Below are positions 31,562-41,734 of a stretch of 64,000 bases of DNA, piece by piece (position 1 is the first letter of the stretch; each line of letters starts with the position of its first letter). The notes beneath the pieces are model-generated. The model was not told where the DNA came from. It saw only the letters and a list, made by a program, of their open reading frames with translations, and ran no database searches. A program made the position numbers and the translations under genes. The DNA is from a bacterium (GTDB taxonomy: Bacteria > 4484-113 > JAGGVC01), in the NCBI GenBank assembly GCA_039961635.1, contig JABRWB010000054.1, positions 7,917-71,916 on the forward strand, in the 5' to 3' direction.

Positions 31562-32271
31562 AGCGGCTTCTCCTTCATCCATTCGTGCTGCGGCAGGATG
31601 ACGTCCACCAAGAATACCGCGTATTTCTCAGGCGGGTATTCCTTGACGAACTCCTCGAAATCGGGACGGGCGATGTAGCCGAACACCGCATCCAGCAGCA
31701 CTTCCGCCAATAATTCGGACGGGCGCTTCAACCCCTTGTGCCCGGACTTCTGCGCTATCGAATCTATCAGTTTTTGCAGGTAAGCGCGGCCGGAGTTGCG
31801 GATCGCGAGCACGCGCTCGCGGTGTTCCTCCGGAATGGCGGCGGTGTAGCTGCGGAACGACAGGATTCCCTGCCGGTGCTCCACGAACGCGGCGAGCCAG
31901 AGTTGAATTGACAACCGCAGGCGCATCATCGGCGAAGTGATGCCGGTAAGCTTGATTTCCGTCTGCTCTATCGCCATCTGGTGCATGAATTCGACCGCGG
32001 ATATGAACAACTCGGTCTTGTCCTTGAAGTAGAGATAAATCGTCCCCTTTCCAAGACCCGCCGCTTCCGCCACTTCTTCCAGCTTGGTTTGATAAAAATC
32101 CTTTTGCGAAAACACGTGTGCAGCGGCGAAAAGTATCTTTTGGCGCGTCGTCATCCCCTCGATTTGGGGCATGCTTGCGCGCGACTTATGAGCGTCGCCG
32201 TTCGCGCCCGGATGGACGCCGTGCGGCGGCTCGGAGCCGGCCACGACCGGCCCTTTTGTATGCTCAGACAT
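31558..32271 (-). CDS. TetR/AcrR family transcriptional regulator
   Basis: AAAHVFSQKDFYQTKLEEVAEAAGLGKGTIYLYFKDKTEL HTH; first gene of the efflux operon. Confidence 0.92.
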   Translation of the reverse strand: MSEHTKGPVVAGSEPPHGVHPGANGDAHKSRASMPQIEGMTTRQKILFAAAHVFSQKDFYQTKLEEVAEAAGLGKGTIYLYFKDKTELFISAVEFMHQMAIEQTEIKLTGITSPMMRLRLSIQLWLAAFVEHRQGILSFRSYTAAIPEEHRERVLAIRNSGRAYLQKLIDSIAQKSGHKGLKRPSELLAEVLLDAVFGYIARPDFEEFVKEYPPEKYAVFLVDVILPQHEWMKEKPL

Positions 32272-32292
32272 TTAAACCTCCTTGCCGGGAGA

Positions 32293-32318
32293 GCCCTGAC
32301 TGACCCATCGGTCAGGGC
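32293..32318. promoter_or_regulatory. TetR operator (inverted repeat)
   Basis: GCCCTGAC-N10-GTCAGGGC with inner CTGACC-N4-GGTCAG, directly downstream of a minus-strand TATAGT -10 (32324-32329). Confidence 0.7.
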
Positions 32319-32574
32319 GATTGACTATACTACCCCAACTGCGGCGGATTCATTTATCGCGGGGGGAATTCGTCCAAAATATACCCATATCAAGACCGCC
32401 TGGGCGGTTTTGCCCGAAAGCGCCGACCGCGGCAATCAGCACATATTTTCGAACGTTTGCGGGTATAATTCATCAGCTTTTCTCATTCCGTTTGCGTTTC
32501 GGGAGAATGCGATGGGAAACATCGGAGCAGCCGCCCCTTCTTGCCGGGGCATACGGGGAAATTGTTGCGGGAAA

Positions 32575-35085
32575 ATGCGGATTGCCATGCAGTGCTGGCT
32601 GCTGCTGTTTTCACTCGCCTTTTGCTCTTGCGCCGGAAGGGATTTTCGCGCGCCGGATGAAACAGCGGCACGCGATTTCCGCATGGAGCTTGCGGCATTG
32701 CCGACACCCGAAGGCGTGAATCCGGAGCTGTTCGACGTATTGAAAGACGGACTTGAATCCAAGTTGAACAGCCTGGAAGAGAAATCCGCGGCTTCTGTGC
32801 CAAAGGATCAAGGCGGCAAAGTGAACACGCTGTTCTTCGATCCGGAATCGAACCATCTTACCTGGGACTATGCCAACAAGGGCGACTATGACCTTTCGGG
32901 AGAAGTCGGCGTATCGGACATTACGCCGATCGCTTTGAATTTTCTCGCCCAGGTGACGGACGGAAAGGGCAACGATCCACTCGAACGCTGGATTGACGGC
33001 GATTTGTCCGGCGAAGTGGGAATTGGAGACATCACGCCGATCGCCATCGGCTTTCTGAACTCGGTGACTGCATACGTGATTCTCACATCCGAATCTCTGA
33101 CGGGGCCGTTTTCGCCGATCGGTCTTCCGGTGCCGTTCGGAGATCCAGGTCGGTTTCCAAAGCAATACTCGGTTCCGCTTCCCGAAGGAGCGCTGGGATA
33201 CGTGGCGGTGGCGGCTGTGGACCAATTCGGAAGCCGCGGCTTGATCAGCAACGTAGTTGACGTCGAAGCCGCCGGCCCGCCTGTTGTAATCGGAGTTTCG
33301 CCGCAGTCGGGCGGGGCGGGCTATTTTGTGACATTCCGGGCGACGATGGCGGGAGCTCCGCCATTCACATTCGAATGGGACTTCGGAGGAGGGGCGACGC
33401 CCGACACCTCGACCGCGGAGGAACCTTACGTCCAGCTTGGAGCCGCCGGAGTTTACAGCGGCAGGGTGACCGCTACGAATATGTACTCGTCGGATTCCTA
33501 CGATTTCGAATACACCGTGGAGCCCGTACCGCCGACCATCAATTGGGTGGATCCGATAACCAGCGGACAAAACCGGTACGTCACTTTCACGGCGGACGCG
33601 GACGGCAGCCCGCCCCTGGAGTTTTCGTGGAATTTCGGCGAAATGGGAACTCCTGCAACCAGTTCGGACGAATCGCCGATGGTGTTGGTGGGAGACACGC
33701 CGGGCACATTTCAAATTGCACTGACGGTGACCAACGCTTACGGCGAGGATGTATTTCCGGTGGATTTCGAGGTGACCAACGTCGCCCCGTCCGCCAAGGG
33801 AGCCGCACAGCCTCCGGGCGGCGTGCCGCCGGTTTCGGTAAACTTTTCGGACGCCGGTTCATCGGATGCGGACGGGGAAATCGTGAAATGGGAGTGGGAT
33901 TTCGGAGACGGCGCAGGCTTTCAGGATTTCAGCGGCACGCAAGGCTCCGAGATTCACGAATACGCGTCCGACGGCGACTATACCGCGACATACCGGGTCA
34001 CCGACGACGACGGCGCGACGGACGAGGAGCAATTCACGATAAAAGTCCAAGCCATACCATCCGGTTTCTGGGAGTGGGAAACGGTCTCTTCAACCGGAAG
34101 TTCGTTCGGAACTTGCGGAGGCATCTCCGTGGACGACGATGGTATTCCTTGGCTGACCTTCACGTTCATCAATTCCAGTCAATCCGACTTCAAAGTGGCC
34201 GGGAAAACGGGAGATTCCTGGCAAATATGGACTCTTGACTCGGCGGGAACGGGCAATCAGTACTTCGGCGAAGCAAGCGCGATAGGAATCGATCCCACCG
34301 GAGCGCCGTGCGTCGTATTCAAAGCCTTCAACACGTCCGTAATGTACGAACGATGGAACGGCGCTGTCTGGCAGGAGGAAATCGTTACGCCTGGAAACTA
34401 CGCGCCCGGGTACGACTTTTTGTTTAACGCGCAAAACTATCCGTCTTTTCTGACAATCGACAAAACCGAGTACAAGATTTTCGTGACATACAAAAGCGGC
34501 GGCTCGTGGCAGGACGATTTGGTTTCGGAAACGGGATGGATTCGCAATCCAGCCGCGCTCGCGTTCGAATCCGACGGAACTCCGCACGTAGTGTACAACA
34601 ACGACAAGGATGACGAATCTTATTACTCGTATTTCAGCGGAACCGCCTGGCAAACTTCAAGCATCACCGACGCGATAGGCGCGACCGAAGTAAGGGGAAT
34701 CCAGGTGGATTCGGCGGGACGCGCGCTGATCGCGTACGGCGGAGGCGACAACGATCCGGCAATGCATTTTGCTACAAGGCAGGGCTCGAACTGGTCGGTC
34801 GAGGACATTCCGACCGAATTCAAGGGATTCACCGCAACGCGCATCGAACTGACAAAAGAAGGCTACCCGTGTCTGCTCGCAATCGGCGTGCCCGCGTCCG
34901 GTTTCAGATTCCCCTGTTTCTTCAAAAAACACCTCGGAATTCTGTGGTATTACGAAGCTGTGCCCTGCCCCTCGTCGCATGCGGGACAACCGGACATAGC
35001 GCTCGACTCGTCCGGAAATCCGCACGTGTCCTTCCTTGCGGAGTCTACGCGGGAAGCCCGGTACGCGCACTGGTCGCCGGATTAG
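32575..35085 (+). CDS. Large lipoprotein with dockerin-like double Ca-binding repeat, three PKD domains and a C-terminal beta-repeat region
   Basis: Lipobox FCS-C; GDYDLSGEVGVSDITPI and DGDLSGEVGIGDITPI repeats; FEWDFG, FSWNFG and WEWDFGDG PKD motifs; repeated D..G.PH units. Confidence 0.8.
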   Translation: MRIAMQCWLLLFSLAFCSCAGRDFRAPDETAARDFRMELAALPTPEGVNPELFDVLKDGLESKLNSLEEKSAASVPKDQGGKVNTLFFDPESNHLTWDYANKGDYDLSGEVGVSDITPIALNFLAQVTDGKGNDPLERWIDGDLSGEVGIGDITPIAIGFLNSVTAYVILTSESLTGPFSPIGLPVPFGDPGRFPKQYSVPLPEGALGYVAVAAVDQFGSRGLISNVVDVEAAGPPVVIGVSPQSGGAGYFVTFRATMAGAPPFTFEWDFGGGATPDTSTAEEPYVQLGAAGVYSGRVTATNMYSSDSYDFEYTVEPVPPTINWVDPITSGQNRYVTFTADADGSPPLEFSWNFGEMGTPATSSDESPMVLVGDTPGTFQIALTVTNAYGEDVFPVDFEVTNVAPSAKGAAQPPGGVPPVSVNFSDAGSSDADGEIVKWEWDFGDGAGFQDFSGTQGSEIHEYASDGDYTATYRVTDDDGATDEEQFTIKVQAIPSGFWEWETVSSTGSSFGTCGGISVDDDGIPWLTFTFINSSQSDFKVAGKTGDSWQIWTLDSAGTGNQYFGEASAIGIDPTGAPCVVFKAFNTSVMYERWNGAVWQEEIVTPGNYAPGYDFLFNAQNYPSFLTIDKTEYKIFVTYKSGGSWQDDLVSETGWIRNPAALAFESDGTPHVVYNNDKDDESYYSYFSGTAWQTSSITDAIGATEVRGIQVDSAGRALIAYGGGDNDPAMHFATRQGSNWSVEDIPTEFKGFTATRIELTKEGYPCLLAIGVPASGFRFPCFFKKHLGILWYYEAVPCPSSHAGQPDIALDSSGNPHVSFLAESTREARYAHWSPD

Positions 35086-35168
35086 CTTGGCGGGATCGGC
35101 TCGATTCGGCCGCGATCAAGGCCAAAAATCCCCGGCGGCAGCGGCAATCCGGAAAATTTAAAGAAAAA

Positions 35169-36296
35169 CTACTTTTTCGCGAACGGGATGTCGAGGTTGC
35201 TTGAATGTCCGGGAAAAACGCTGGCTCCGGGATTGAGGTACGCGTACGCGAAGTTGACCGCGACCGCCGCCTCGCCCTGGCCGGTAGTTATCAGCTTGAT
35301 TTTGCCCGGATGGGTCACGATGTCCCCGCAACCGTAAACGCCTTCCATTGATGTAAGCATCTGCTGATTGACCGAAAGCGCGTTGTCCTTTATCTCGAAT
35401 CCCCAGCTTCGCAGAAAGCGCAGATCCACCAGGAATCCCATGCAGACGACGATATCGTCCACTTCCAACAAGTCTTCCTCGCCGGTTTTGTTGTTGAAAA
35501 CGAGCGCTGCGCGGACATGATCCTCGCCCAGAATCGATTTGAGCTCCCAGAACGTGCGCACTTCGACCGGGCCGCTCATCATCCACGCGACAGTGGCTTC
35601 GTGCGCGCGCCACTTGTCGTGGCGGTGGATAAGCGTAGTCTTCTTCGCGATCTTGCCGAGCTCGATGGCCCAATCCACGGCGCTGTCCCCCCCCCCGACA
35701 ATAAGCACGCGCTTGCCGTTGAATCGGGATTTGTCTGTTATTACATAGTGGACACCGTGCGCTTCGAATTTTTCGGCCTCCGCGAGCTTCAGCTTCTTGG
35801 GCATGAAAGCGCCGGCTCCAAGCGCCAGAATAACTGTCTTGGAATAAAACGACCTGCCCGTCTGGCTGGACAACTTGATAATCGATCGCGGCCCCGCGGC
35901 CGGATCCTTCGATCCGTCATGCATCGCGAACCGCGCTCCACCGGCGGGGGAAGCACCGTCCATGAGCGCGATTCCGCTCATGCGTTCCACGCCGATGATT
36001 TTCTCTTCAAGGTGCACTTCCGGGCCGAAACCGAGCGCCTGCTCGACGAGCGCCGCGGAAAGCTCCTTGGCGAGAATCTTCGGGAAGCCGGCGACGTCGT
36101 AAACGTATTTCTCCGGGTAAATGGAAGTAAGCTGGCCCCCGAGCTGGGGCAGGCTGTCGATTATCACGGTCTTCATCCCGCGCATGCCGGCGTAAAACGC
36201 GGCGAACAGCCCGCATGGGCCGGCGCCGACAATCGTAAGGTCGGGCGCGTCACCAAACGCGGGTGCAAAATCGGATGTGGTTTCGTGCAATTCCAT
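35169..36296 (-). CDS. TrxR-type ferredoxin-NADP+ reductase (YumC-like)
   Basis: GAGPCGLFAAFYAGMR, LPQLGGQL..IYPEKYVYDVAGFP, GGGDSAVDWA, C-terminal GHSS; no CxxC. Confidence 0.88.
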   Translation of the reverse strand: MELHETTSDFAPAFGDAPDLTIVGAGPCGLFAAFYAGMRGMKTVIIDSLPQLGGQLTSIYPEKYVYDVAGFPKILAKELSAALVEQALGFGPEVHLEEKIIGVERMSGIALMDGASPAGGARFAMHDGSKDPAAGPRSIIKLSSQTGRSFYSKTVILALGAGAFMPKKLKLAEAEKFEAHGVHYVITDKSRFNGKRVLIVGGGDSAVDWAIELGKIAKKTTLIHRHDKWRAHEATVAWMMSGPVEVRTFWELKSILGEDHVRAALVFNNKTGEEDLLEVDDIVVCMGFLVDLRFLRSWGFEIKDNALSVNQQMLTSMEGVYGCGDIVTHPGKIKLITTGQGEAAVAVNFAYAYLNPGASVFPGHSSNLDIPFAKK

Positions 36297-36373
36297 CGGT
36301 CGAAACTAAAGCCGCCTGAACGCCGGCGACAACATTATATTTCCAGTCCCTATGCCATCGGTTCGGCGGCGAT

Positions 36374-37618
36374 TTATTCCCCAGTCCAGCGCTTGAAAAC
36401 CAGCACCGCATTCTGGCCGCCGAAGCCGAAACTGTTGGACATCGCATAAGTGAATTCGTGACGGCGCGCCGCATTGGGAACGTAATCCAAATCGCACTCC
36501 GGGTCCGGATTTTCGTAATTGATCGTAGGCGGAAGCTCCTGTCGGCAAAGCGCAAGGATGCAGGCCGCGCCTTCGATAGCTCCTGCGCCGCCCAGCAAGT
36601 GCCCATGCATGCTTTTCGTGCTTGATACGGGCAGTTTGCTCGCGTGTTCGCCGAAAACCGCCTTTATGGCGAATGTCTCGGTCGCGTCGTTCAGCTCGGT
36701 TGAGGTTCCGTGCGCGTTGATGTAGCCGATGTCGGACGACGAAAGATTCGCGTCCCGCAGCGCCGCGCGAATCGCAATCTGCGCTCCCTTGCCTTCCGGA
36801 GCAGGCGCTGTGATGTGGAAAGCGTCCGCGCTCGCGCCGTATCCGACGATTTCGGCGACGGGTTTTGCGCCGCGCGAAACCGCGTGGTCGAGAGTTTCCA
36901 TCAAGAAAACCGCCGCGCCTTCGCCCATCACGAATCCGTCGCGCTTCGCGTCGAACGGGCGGCTTGCGCGAGTCGGCTCATCGTTCCAGGACGCGGTGAC
37001 CGCGCGCATCGAGCAGAATCCCGCGACGCCGAGTTCGTCCACCGCGCACTCCGAGCCGCCCACGATGATTGCGTCCGCATTTCCGTAGCGCAGCGTGCGG
37101 TACGCCTCGCCAATGCAGTGCGCGCTGGACGCGCACGCCGATACGATGCTGAAATTCGGCCCCATCGCGCCGGTTTCCATCGCGACCACTCCGGACGGCA
37201 TGTTTGCGATTGCGTTAGGAATGAAAAACGGGCTGATGCGACGCGGACCTTTCTCCACGAGCGTTTTGGTGTCTTTATAAAACGAGTCGAGCCCCCCAAT
37301 CCCGCTCCCGATAAATACCCCGATTCTGTCGCGGTTGGAATCGTCAATCGAAAGGCCGGACTCCGCAAGCGCCATTTTGGAAGCAGCAACAGCGGCGACG
37401 ATGACCCGGTCGTAGCGTTTCACGTTTTTGGGATCCATATATTTGGTCGCGTCGTAATCCGCAAGCTCCGCGGCTATTTTGGTGGGGAATTCCGCGCAAT
37501 CGAAGTTTTGAATCTTGCGCACCCCGCTTTTTCCCGCGAAAATGGCCTCCTCGAAGGCGGCGACGCCTTCTCCGAAACAGCTCAAAATCCCGATTCCCGT
37601 TACGACGACTCTCGGCAT
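36374..37618 (-). CDS. fabF: Beta-ketoacyl-ACP synthase II
   Basis: SACASS, NAHGTST, KSMHGHLLG, SNSFGFGG. Confidence 0.96.
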   Translation of the reverse strand: MPRVVVTGIGILSCFGEGVAAFEEAIFAGKSGVRKIQNFDCAEFPTKIAAELADYDATKYMDPKNVKRYDRVIVAAVAASKMALAESGLSIDDSNRDRIGVFIGSGIGGLDSFYKDTKTLVEKGPRRISPFFIPNAIANMPSGVVAMETGAMGPNFSIVSACASSAHCIGEAYRTLRYGNADAIIVGGSECAVDELGVAGFCSMRAVTASWNDEPTRASRPFDAKRDGFVMGEGAAVFLMETLDHAVSRGAKPVAEIVGYGASADAFHITAPAPEGKGAQIAIRAALRDANLSSSDIGYINAHGTSTELNDATETFAIKAVFGEHASKLPVSSTKSMHGHLLGGAGAIEGAACILALCRQELPPTINYENPDPECDLDYVPNAARRHEFTYAMSNSFGFGGQNAVLVFKRWTGE

Positions 37619-37657
37619 GTTTCTCTCCCTTGCTCGCTGGATTTGCGGCGCGCGCCG

Positions 37658-38416
37658 CTATACCATCAATCCTCCGCCATTCACGCTCAAAGTTGCGCCG
37701 TTCACGTACGCGGAAAGCTCCGACAAAAGAAACAGCACGGCGCCTGCGACATCGTCCGGCGTTCCGAACCGCTTCATCGGAATGCGCTTGATGTAGTCTT
37801 CGGCAAGCTCCGGCTTTAGACCGCCGGTCATGTCCGTAGCGATTATCCCCGGAATCACCACGTTCGCGCGGATGTTTCTGCCCGCATACTCGGTCGCGAC
37901 GCTCTTTATGAAGGCTGTTACGCCTGCCTTGGCCGCCGCATAGTTTGATTGCCCAAGGCTTCCTATCTGGCCGGCGATGCTCGATACGGCAACGATCCGG
38001 CCGAAACGCTTTTTCATCATTCCGTCCAGGCAAGCCTGAACTGTATTGAACACGCCGCCCAGATTGGCCGAAATGCCGCCGTTCCATTCTTCGGGCGTCA
38101 TCCGGTGCGTCAGGTTGTCGCGGCGCAGCCCCGCATTGCACACAAGCAGGTCTATCGAGCCCAGCTTCCCGGCAATCTCCGCGACTCCGGCAAGCACCGC
38201 ATCGCGATCAGCCACGTCGAATCGGACGGCGATCCCCTTTCCCCCGTCCGCGTTTATCGAAGCGACCACTTCCCCGGCCGCGCTTTCGCTCGCGTTGTAG
38301 TTGACCGCGACCGCGGCGCCCGCGCGCGCGAGCAGCCGCGCGCACGAAGCGCCGATGCCTCTCGACGCTCCGGTAACAAGCGCAACGCGCTCTGAAAAAT
38401 CAATATCAACCGGCAT
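37658..38416 (-). CDS. fabG: 3-oxoacyl-ACP reductase
   Basis: TGASRGIG, NAG, GQSNYAAAKAG, RFGTPDDVA. Confidence 0.92.
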   Translation of the reverse strand: MPVDIDFSERVALVTGASRGIGASCARLLARAGAAVAVNYNASESAAGEVVASINADGGKGIAVRFDVADRDAVLAGVAEIAGKLGSIDLLVCNAGLRRDNLTHRMTPEEWNGGISANLGGVFNTVQACLDGMMKKRFGRIVAVSSIAGQIGSLGQSNYAAAKAGVTAFIKSVATEYAGRNIRANVVIPGIIATDMTGGLKPELAEDYIKRIPMKRFGTPDDVAGAVLFLLSELSAYVNGATLSVNGGGLMV

Positions 38417-38430
38417 TCTTTATCTCAAAT

Positions 38431-39423
38431 TCAGGACTCCGGCGCAGCTCCGCCGGCCTCGGCGATCCTGTCCGAAATCCAGGCAATGGTAGCATCAAGC
38501 GTCTCCGGTGCGTCCACGGAAAGGCAGTGCAGATCCGCGTCGATCCGTTTCACAAGTCCGGAAAGCACCTTGCCCGGCCCCACTTCGAGCGCCGCGGACG
38601 CACCGAAGTCGCGCCAAAAGCGCGCGGCGATAGCGATCCACCTGACGGGGCTGACGATCTGCCGTACAAGCAATCCCGCGTACTTCGACGCATCCGGCGG
38701 ATACGGCTCCGCATTCACGTTGGCAAGGACGAAGAACTCGGTGGGGCGAAATGCGGTTGCGCCAAGGAGCGGCGACATTCCGTCCGCCGCAGGAAGCATA
38801 AGCGAGCAATGGAACGGCGCGCTTACCGGAAGCCTTATCGCGCGCTTCGCCCCGGCGTCCTTTAGCGCCTTTTCCGCAAGCTCGACGCCCTTCGCCGAGC
38901 CGCTTATCACCCACTGGCCGGGGCAGTTGTAGTTCGCCAGTGATACCACTTCGCCGCTCGCAAGCTCCGTATCCCCGCAAATTTTTTCAATTTCCGCCGA
39001 TTCGAGCCCCAAAATCGCGCTCATCGCGCCGCGGCCTTCCGGTACGGCTTCCTGCATCAGGCGTCCGCGCTCGTGGACGAGCCTCACCGCATCCTCGAAA
39101 TCCAGCGCGCCCGCTGCGGCAAGCGCCGAATACTCCCCAAGCGAATGGCCGGCGGCAACCGCAATATTCGCGCCCGCGCTTTCAAGCCGCGGCGCGAGCG
39201 CGCGATACGCCGCGACGCTCACAGTCAAAATCGCGGGCTGCGTAATCGCCGTACGCTTCAGTTCCTCGTCCGGCCCTTCGAAGCACAGCTTGGAAATCGA
39301 GAATCCAAGCGCTTTGTCCGCTCGCTCGAAAACCTCGCGCGATTCCGGATACGAGTCGAAAAGCGTGCGGCCCATCCCGGTTTCCTGGCTGGCCTGCCCC
39401 GGAAACATCAGCGCGACTTTCAT
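38431..39423 (-). CDS. fabD: Malonyl-CoA:ACP transacylase
   Basis: FPGQASQ, TQPA, GHSLGEY, LPVSAPFH. Confidence 0.96.
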   Translation of the reverse strand: MKVALMFPGQASQETGMGRTLFDSYPESREVFERADKALGFSISKLCFEGPDEELKRTAITQPAILTVSVAAYRALAPRLESAGANIAVAAGHSLGEYSALAAAGALDFEDAVRLVHERGRLMQEAVPEGRGAMSAILGLESAEIEKICGDTELASGEVVSLANYNCPGQWVISGSAKGVELAEKALKDAGAKRAIRLPVSAPFHCSLMLPAADGMSPLLGATAFRPTEFFVLANVNAEPYPPDASKYAGLLVRQIVSPVRWIAIAARFWRDFGASAALEVGPGKVLSGLVKRIDADLHCLSVDAPETLDATIAWISDRIAEAGGAAPES

Positions 39424-40421
39424 CAAGCACCCCACCGGAGCTGCGCGGCTCCCCACACGAATCCCGCTCCGAAAGTGAACAACACAAGCCGTGTACCCGC
39501 AGTGAGCTTTCCGTCGTCGTTCAGCTCGTCAATGCAAAGCGGAATGGACGCGGAGGTCGTGTTCCCGTAGCGCTGGATGTTGACGTACATTTTCTCCTCC
39601 GGCACGCCGATACGCTTCCGGGTGCTTTCGATTATGCGCGCGTTCGCCTGGTGGGGAATGAAGTAATCCACTTCTTCGACTTTGGTCCCTGTTTTCGCAA
39701 GGACGTTCTCGATAGTCTTGCCCATCATCCGGACAGCGCCCTTGAAAACTTCCTGACCTTCCATCTTGATGAAATGTTCGCGGGCTTCGACTGTTGCGGC
39801 GGACGCTGGTTTTACACTCCCTCCGGCTGGCTGGTATAGGTATTGCCACTGGTTGCCGTCGCCGCCGAGGTCGAATCCTTCGATGCCGAACTCCGACTTG
39901 TCAATACCTTCCAGCAGAAGTCCCGATGCCGCATCCCCGAACAAAATGCAGTTGCTGCGGTCGGTGAAATCGGCGATGGACGACATGACTTCGCTTCCGA
40001 TGACCAGGGCATAGCGCCGCTCTCCGGTTGCGAGAATACCCCACGCGGAATACAGCGCCGTGATGAATCCGCCGCATGCCGCCTCGATGTCCCACGCCGC
40101 CGCGTTTACGCATCCCAGTTTCGCCGCCACAATCGTCCCGGTCGCGGGAAACACATAATCCGGAGTAACCGTAGGAATGATTACGAGACCGATGTCGGCC
40201 GGATCCACGCCCGATCGATCCAGAAGCTTTTTTCCGACCTCGATCGCCATCGTGGAGCAGGATTCGCCTTCCGCCCTGAAGCGGCGCTCCTTGATTCCGG
40301 TGCGCTGGGTTATCCACTCGTCGCTTGTATCCAGAAACTTGGCAAAGTCGTCATTCGTCATCACCTTTTCCGGAACGTAACGTGCGCTTGCACGCACTAC
40401 AACTTTTTTGAGATTCATCAA
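39423..40421 (-). CDS. fabH: Beta-ketoacyl-ACP synthase III
   Basis: AACGGF, LFGD, PHQANARI, YGNTTSASIP. Confidence 0.96.
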   Translation of the reverse strand: MMNLKKVVVRASARYVPEKVMTNDDFAKFLDTSDEWITQRTGIKERRFRAEGESCSTMAIEVGKKLLDRSGVDPADIGLVIIPTVTPDYVFPATGTIVAAKLGCVNAAAWDIEAACGGFITALYSAWGILATGERRYALVIGSEVMSSIADFTDRSNCILFGDAASGLLLEGIDKSEFGIEGFDLGGDGNQWQYLYQPAGGSVKPASAATVEAREHFIKMEGQEVFKGAVRMMGKTIENVLAKTGTKVEEVDYFIPHQANARIIESTRKRIGVPEEKMYVNIQRYGNTTSASIPLCIDELNDDGKLTAGTRLVLFTFGAGFVWGAAQLRWGA

Positions 40422-40433
40422 TTCTCCTTTCCT

Positions 40434-41483
40434 TCAGGCTTGGGCCTGCAAGGTAGATTTGGCTCGGAACGCCTCTTCGATGCGCGCGGAGCACCCGGTT
40501 TTGGCGAGCTTGAGAGCCTCGCGGATCGCGTTTTTTATGGCCACCGCGTCGCTCCTGCCGTGGCAAATCACGACATTGCCGTTCAGACCCAAAAGCGGCG
40601 CGCCGCCGTACTCGCTGTAATCCACGCGCTTCTTTAGAGCACGAAACGCCGCACCCATGAAAAGCTTCGCGGATATTCCCGCGAGCGGACGCTTGATTAT
40701 TTCGTTTTTCAGAAGCCGGGTTATCGCTCCCGCCAGGCCTTCCGCGAATTTGAGGATGATGTTTCCGATGAAACCATCGCAAACCAAAATGTCAAGGTCG
40801 CCGTCGAATACCGTGTTTCCTTCGCGATAGCCGATGTAGTTGATTGAAGGGTCCGCTTTTAGCAGCGCGTGCGTTTCCTTTACAAGTACGCTCCCCTTGT
40901 AATCCTCGCTGCCGTTCGACAGCAATCCGACGGTCGGCTTCTCGCGTCCCCACACCTTTTCCGCATACACCGAGCCGATAACTCCGAATTCGTAAAGATG
41001 CTGCGGGCGGCAGTCCACGTTGCTGCCCGCGTCAAGAAAAAAGCAGGTTCGCCCGAGCGTGGGAAGCGGGCTGGCAATGGGCGGGCGGCTGATTCCCTGT
41101 ATCCGCTTTAATATGAACAGCGCGGAAGTCATCACGAGCCCGGTGTTGCCGGCGGAAATGAACGCCGCATTGGTGATACCGGCGATCCGGCGCAGTCCGA
41201 CATTGATGGTGGAATCGGGATGCTCTTTGTAAACCTGAACGGGACTCTCGATGCGGTCGGGCAGGCGGTGCGACGCATTCACGAATTCCAGCGAGAATCC
41301 GCCGGACGATTTGCCGATTATCTTGTCCGCGAATTCCGCGGTGCGCTCCTTGCTGTTCGAAACGAGGACGAGGTTGCAGCCGCCGTTGCCGTCGCACGAC
41401 GCGAGCTTGACTCCGCGCAAAAGCTCCTCTTCGCCGAGGTCTGCGCCCGCAAGGTCAAGAACTATGGTCGGAGAATCAGACAT
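40434..41483 (-). CDS. plsX: Phosphate acyltransferase PlsX
   Basis: SAGNTG, RPPIASPLP, LDAGSNVD, DGFIGNI, GGAPLLGLNG..HG. Confidence 0.94.
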   Translation of the reverse strand: MSDSPTIVLDLAGADLGEEELLRGVKLASCDGNGGCNLVLVSNSKERTAEFADKIIGKSSGGFSLEFVNASHRLPDRIESPVQVYKEHPDSTINVGLRRIAGITNAAFISAGNTGLVMTSALFILKRIQGISRPPIASPLPTLGRTCFFLDAGSNVDCRPQHLYEFGVIGSVYAEKVWGREKPTVGLLSNGSEDYKGSVLVKETHALLKADPSINYIGYREGNTVFDGDLDILVCDGFIGNIILKFAEGLAGAITRLLKNEIIKRPLAGISAKLFMGAAFRALKKRVDYSEYGGAPLLGLNGNVVICHGRSDAVAIKNAIREALKLAKTGCSARIEEAFRAKSTLQAQA

Positions 41484-41734
41484 CTGATAAGGCTGGAAAT
41501 TATAGCCGAGGGCGCAAACGGCGGGCAACAAAGGTCGGGATTGAGAATGATTGACATTTGGGACATTAATTTATGCTATTGCGCCGGCTGGGGGGATGAC
41601 CTTGCGGACCGGTACGCCATTGCAAGACGAAGGCGGGCCGCGTGGACGGCACCGCTCCGGATGGCCGGCGGCAAACTTCATTGATATATAATTCCCGTTC
41701 ACGCGGCGCGGTTATTGCCGGGTGGATGCCTGAC

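Noticed and set aside
31981-32574. 200-aa N-terminal extension of the dockerin-like lipoprotein in the ORF track
   Set aside because: It overlaps tetR on the opposite strand and its promoter; the signal peptide and lipobox begin at ATG 32575.
35685-35696. G/C homopolymer runs (C10 in the FNR, G8 in bshC at 24271, G9 in coxA near 59005) as phase-variation sites
   Set aside because: All are in frame and encode Gly runs in conserved motifs such as GGGDSA.
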